Shown: one piece after another, positions 30,020 through 32,481 of the stretch | Numbering within the stretch: position 1 is the first letter of the stretch | How the letters are laid out: each line of letters opens with the position of its first letter | Program-made: the position numbers and the translations under genes | Assembly: GCA_017609795.1 (NCBI GenBank) | Contig: JAFCDH010000010.1 | Span: forward strand, 1 to 32,481 | Source of the DNA: Candidatus Pacearchaeota archaeon | GTDB lineage: Archaea > Nanobdellota > Nanobdellia > Pacearchaeales > GW2011-AR1 | Length of the DNA stretch: 32,481 nt | Reading direction: 5' to 3' | Notes under the pieces: model-generated | Database searches by the model: none | Told to the model about the DNA's origin: nothing | The model's input: the letters and a program-made list of their open reading frames with translations, nothing else

Positions 30020-31138
30020 ATGGAAATTTGCATATATGATTTAAATAAAATGAATTTTAATTTAGCTGTAGATATTAAAGAAAATCTAAAAAATGAAATT
30101 AGAGATAAAATCAAAGGGAAGATATATAGTTTTGCAAAAGAATTAGGAATAAGTTCTTCTAGGCTCTATGAATATTTTATATGGAAAAAATCATTAATTC
30201 CATTAAACATTCTTTTAAAACTTAGTAACGAATTAGAGATTAAACCGAAAAGAATAGAAGAAAACATTACAAGATACAAACAATTAGGTGTTCCATTTAA
30301 AAATTCAATTCAAAATCCAAAACTTCCAATAGTAGTTAGTCCTTATCTGACATCATTATTATCAAATCTATTTTTTGATGGAAGCTTGCCTAAAGACGGA
30401 AAAGGTACATACTATAACCAGAAAAATAAAGATATAATGAATGATTTTATTAGAAAGGTGAAATATATTTTTGGAGAGACACAATATTCTCTTAGATTAG
30501 ATCATAGACAGGTATTAAAATGTAGGATTCCAAGGATAATTGGAGAGATGTGTAGATATTTTTATAAAGTTAAGTCATTCGGGAGTTTTGATTCTAGAAT
30601 TCCTAAAACAATATTTAGTATGAGTTATGATCATCAAGTTGCTTTTATAATTACCGCAGTATTGGATGAAGGATCAATAACTTATGGTGGACAAATCCAA
30701 TTTGGAGTTTCTAATAAAAATATGATGAAAGATTTTGCATATCTCTGTAAAAAAATAGGGTTAGAAACTTCCCCTATTAGAGAAGGAAAGTTAGGAAGAT
30801 TTCATTTATATATTAAACCTCTAAAAATTTTTTATAATATCTATTTTGATTTTATTAAAAAATATCCTTTAATCTCTTTAAGGTATAAAGAAGAAAGATT
30901 AAAAAAAGCACTAAAAATTAAAGAACAAAGGTTTTATTATACTAAAGATTTTGCAGATAAAAGAAAATCTTTAATTTTGAATGAATTGAATAAAAAAGAA
31001 AATTCTATAAATTATTTAGCTGATAAGTTTCTTATTAACCCAAAATCAATAAATAGATATATGCATAGATTAATAAAAGAAAATAAAATTGCCAGAAAAA
31101 AAAAAGGAAAGGAATATATTTATTTTGTACCCCATTGA
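30020..31138 (+). CDS. Free-standing LAGLIDADG-domain protein flanked by HTH domains
   Basis: N-terminal XRE-like HTH (FAKELGISSSRLYEYFIWKKSLIPLNILLKLSNELEI), two LAGLIDADG-like motifs (LLSNLFFDGSLPKDG, AFIITAVLDEGSITYGG) and a C-terminal wHTH-like INYLADKFLINPKSINRYMHRLIKENKI. Confidence 0.6.
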   Translation: MEICIYDLNKMNFNLAVDIKENLKNEIRDKIKGKIYSFAKELGISSSRLYEYFIWKKSLIPLNILLKLSNELEIKPKRIEENITRYKQLGVPFKNSIQNPKLPIVVSPYLTSLLSNLFFDGSLPKDGKGTYYNQKNKDIMNDFIRKVKYIFGETQYSLRLDHRQVLKCRIPRIIGEMCRYFYKVKSFGSFDSRIPKTIFSMSYDHQVAFIITAVLDEGSITYGGQIQFGVSNKNMMKDFAYLCKKIGLETSPIREGKLGRFHLYIKPLKIFYNIYFDFIKKYPLISLRYKEERLKKALKIKEQRFYYTKDFADKRKSLILNELNKKENSINYLADKFLINPKSINRYMHRLIKENKIARKKKGKEYIYFVPH

Positions 31139-32382
31139 TTTAAGGTAGATCTTAATTCTAAGTGATTTTTAGCATATTTTTTTAAGGAGATTCCTCGCAT
31201 TGTTGCATCTATAGCTTGTCTTGCAGCAATTGCTCCTCTTAATGTTCCAAGTTTGTTTCCGTGTAGCCCCCCGCCCATCTGAATAATTAAATCATTTCCT
31301 AAATGCTTAATTAAAAATGGAACATGTCCTGGATGTAATCCACCAGAAGAAACAGCTAAAACTGGTTTAATCTTCTCCCAATCTTCAGCAAGTCTATTTC
31401 TTGTTTCTTTAACTGTTTTCTTTTCCATTTCTTCATTTAATTCAGAAACTAATTCAATATCTCCTTCTAGTTTTCCAATACCAGTCCCAATATGTAATTG
31501 GTCAACACCAATTAAACGAGCTATATCTGCTAAAACCATCATATCTATACCATGTTTTTTACTTCTTGTAAAAGCAGCATGCATTGCTCTATGAGCATGA
31601 ATTGCAAGTTTAAAATCTGCTTCACGCAAAGTCTGAAGAGCAGAAAATCCAGCAGTCACAATATCTACCATAATATATTTACCCCCTAAATCTTCAACTA
31701 ATTGAGCTCTTTGCATCATTTCTTTTGTTTCAGCAGTTACATTAATTAAATAAGCTTTTTTCTCTCCTGTTTTTTCTTCTGCTTTGTTAGACTTTTCCAA
31801 AGTTCTTGCAAGTCTTTCTTCAAATTCATTAAATTTCTGGCTTGCTAAATTTTCATCATCTTTAACAATATCACATCCTCCTAACCAAGCATCATAAGCA
31901 ACTTGAGCATGGTCTTTTGTTTTTAAACCAAGTTTAGGTTTAATTATTGTTCCTAATAAAGGCCTTTCTTTTATTTTCATTATTTTCCTAACACCTTTAA
32001 TTCCATATTTAGGTCCTTTAAAAGAATTTAAAATTTCTTTTGGAAAATTTATATCCTCAAGTTTTAGATTTTTAACAGCCTTCATTCCAAAAATATTCCC
32101 AGCAATAGAAGATAATATGTTTGGTGCATTTCCTTTTTCAAACAATCCAACAGGATAAGCAATCTTCACCATTCTTCCTTTAATAGAAAAAACTTTTGCA
32201 GCAAGTTTTTTCATATAATCTTTTTCAGTAGTAAGCTCACTCCATGTCCCAATACTACTTTCAAGAGCAACTGTTGCAGCTGCTTGTTTTAAAGAAATTC
32301 TATTAGGTTCAATCCTAAACAAGCAAATCAAATCACTTGATTTTGGCTTATATTTTAAATTTATAAATTCTGAGGGTTTCAT
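31120..32382 (-). CDS. rbcL: Ribulose-1,5-bisphosphate carboxylase/oxygenase large subunit, archaeal form III-like
   Basis: 420 aa. GTIIKPKLGL, DIVKDDENL, AIHAHRAMHAA and GGGLHG are the conserved RuBisCO large-subunit active-site blocks. No small-subunit gene nearby. Confidence 0.9.
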   Translation of the reverse strand: MKPSEFINLKYKPKSSDLICLFRIEPNRISLKQAAATVALESSIGTWSELTTEKDYMKKLAAKVFSIKGRMVKIAYPVGLFEKGNAPNILSSIAGNIFGMKAVKNLKLEDINFPKEILNSFKGPKYGIKGVRKIMKIKERPLLGTIIKPKLGLKTKDHAQVAYDAWLGGCDIVKDDENLASQKFNEFEERLARTLEKSNKAEEKTGEKKAYLINVTAETKEMMQRAQLVEDLGGKYIMVDIVTAGFSALQTLREADFKLAIHAHRAMHAAFTRSKKHGIDMMVLADIARLIGVDQLHIGTGIGKLEGDIELVSELNEEMEKKTVKETRNRLAEDWEKIKPVLAVSSGGLHPGHVPFLIKHLGNDLIIQMGGGLHGNKLGTLRGAIAARQAIDATMRGISLKKYAKNHLELRSTLNQWGTK

Positions 32383-32388
32383 TTTATC

Positions 32389-32432
32389 TTTAAATTTTGG
32401 TTTGGGTCAAGCCTTTTTAAAAGGGTTGTTTT
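32389..32432 (-). promoter_or_regulatory. Conserved leader with palindrome, shared with the eS19 leader
   Basis: Sense strand aaaacaacccttttaaaaaggcttgacccaaaccaaaatttaaa, then gataaa and the ATG. Palindrome cctttttaaaagg at 32412-32424. Confidence 0.45.
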
Positions 32433-32481
32433 GTCTCTTTTATTACCTATGATTTTTAATACAATTCTTTTCTATATTATG

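Noticed and set aside
1-32481. tRNA, rRNA or other canonical RNA genes
   Set aside because: No GC-rich 70-90-nt islands with acceptor/T-arm features stand out in the AT-rich spacers. The only GC-richer stretches are coding (Gly/Ala region of P2) or the short hairpins already listed.

Overview
Strongly AT-rich archaeal chromosomal segment. The gene content points to a small-genome DPANN-type archaeon (inference from content only): PCNA, an intein-containing PriS primase followed by a PriL-CTD-like Fe-S domain, Hjc resolvase, TrmY, eS19/eL39/eL31, form III RuBisCO, small wHTH genes, toxin-antitoxin genes and many secreted Cys-rich proteins. About 43 protein-coding genes are supportable. I saw no tRNA, rRNA or CRISPR array. 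Three things are not explained by ordinary annotation. (1) A mosaic, oriented 80-120 bp repeat family fills at least 14 intergenic spacers, in front of ribosomal-protein genes and accessory genes alike, with one orphan and one inverted copy. The NYN and MNT-HEPN genes look like cassettes bounded by these repeats. (2) A co-directional left arm (184-9315) is built around two paralogous giant cysteine-rich secreted proteins and two paralogous pilin-like small proteins, a putative uncharacterised cell-surface system. (3) A bacterial-type sigma-70/ECF-like gene sits directly upstream of two membrane-anchored surface proteins that share a Cys-rich juxtamembrane module. Secondary items: a LAGLIDADG intein splitting the PriS FSGSKGFH motif, a frame break between PriS and the PriL-CTD-like domain, a free-standing LAGLIDADG/HTH protein overlapping the RuBisCO 3' end, a decayed RelE-like TA pair, Lys/Glu-rich tails on three ribosomal proteins, and a shared structured leader in front of RuBisCO and eS19. 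All functional calls come from motif recognition by eye; no searches were run.
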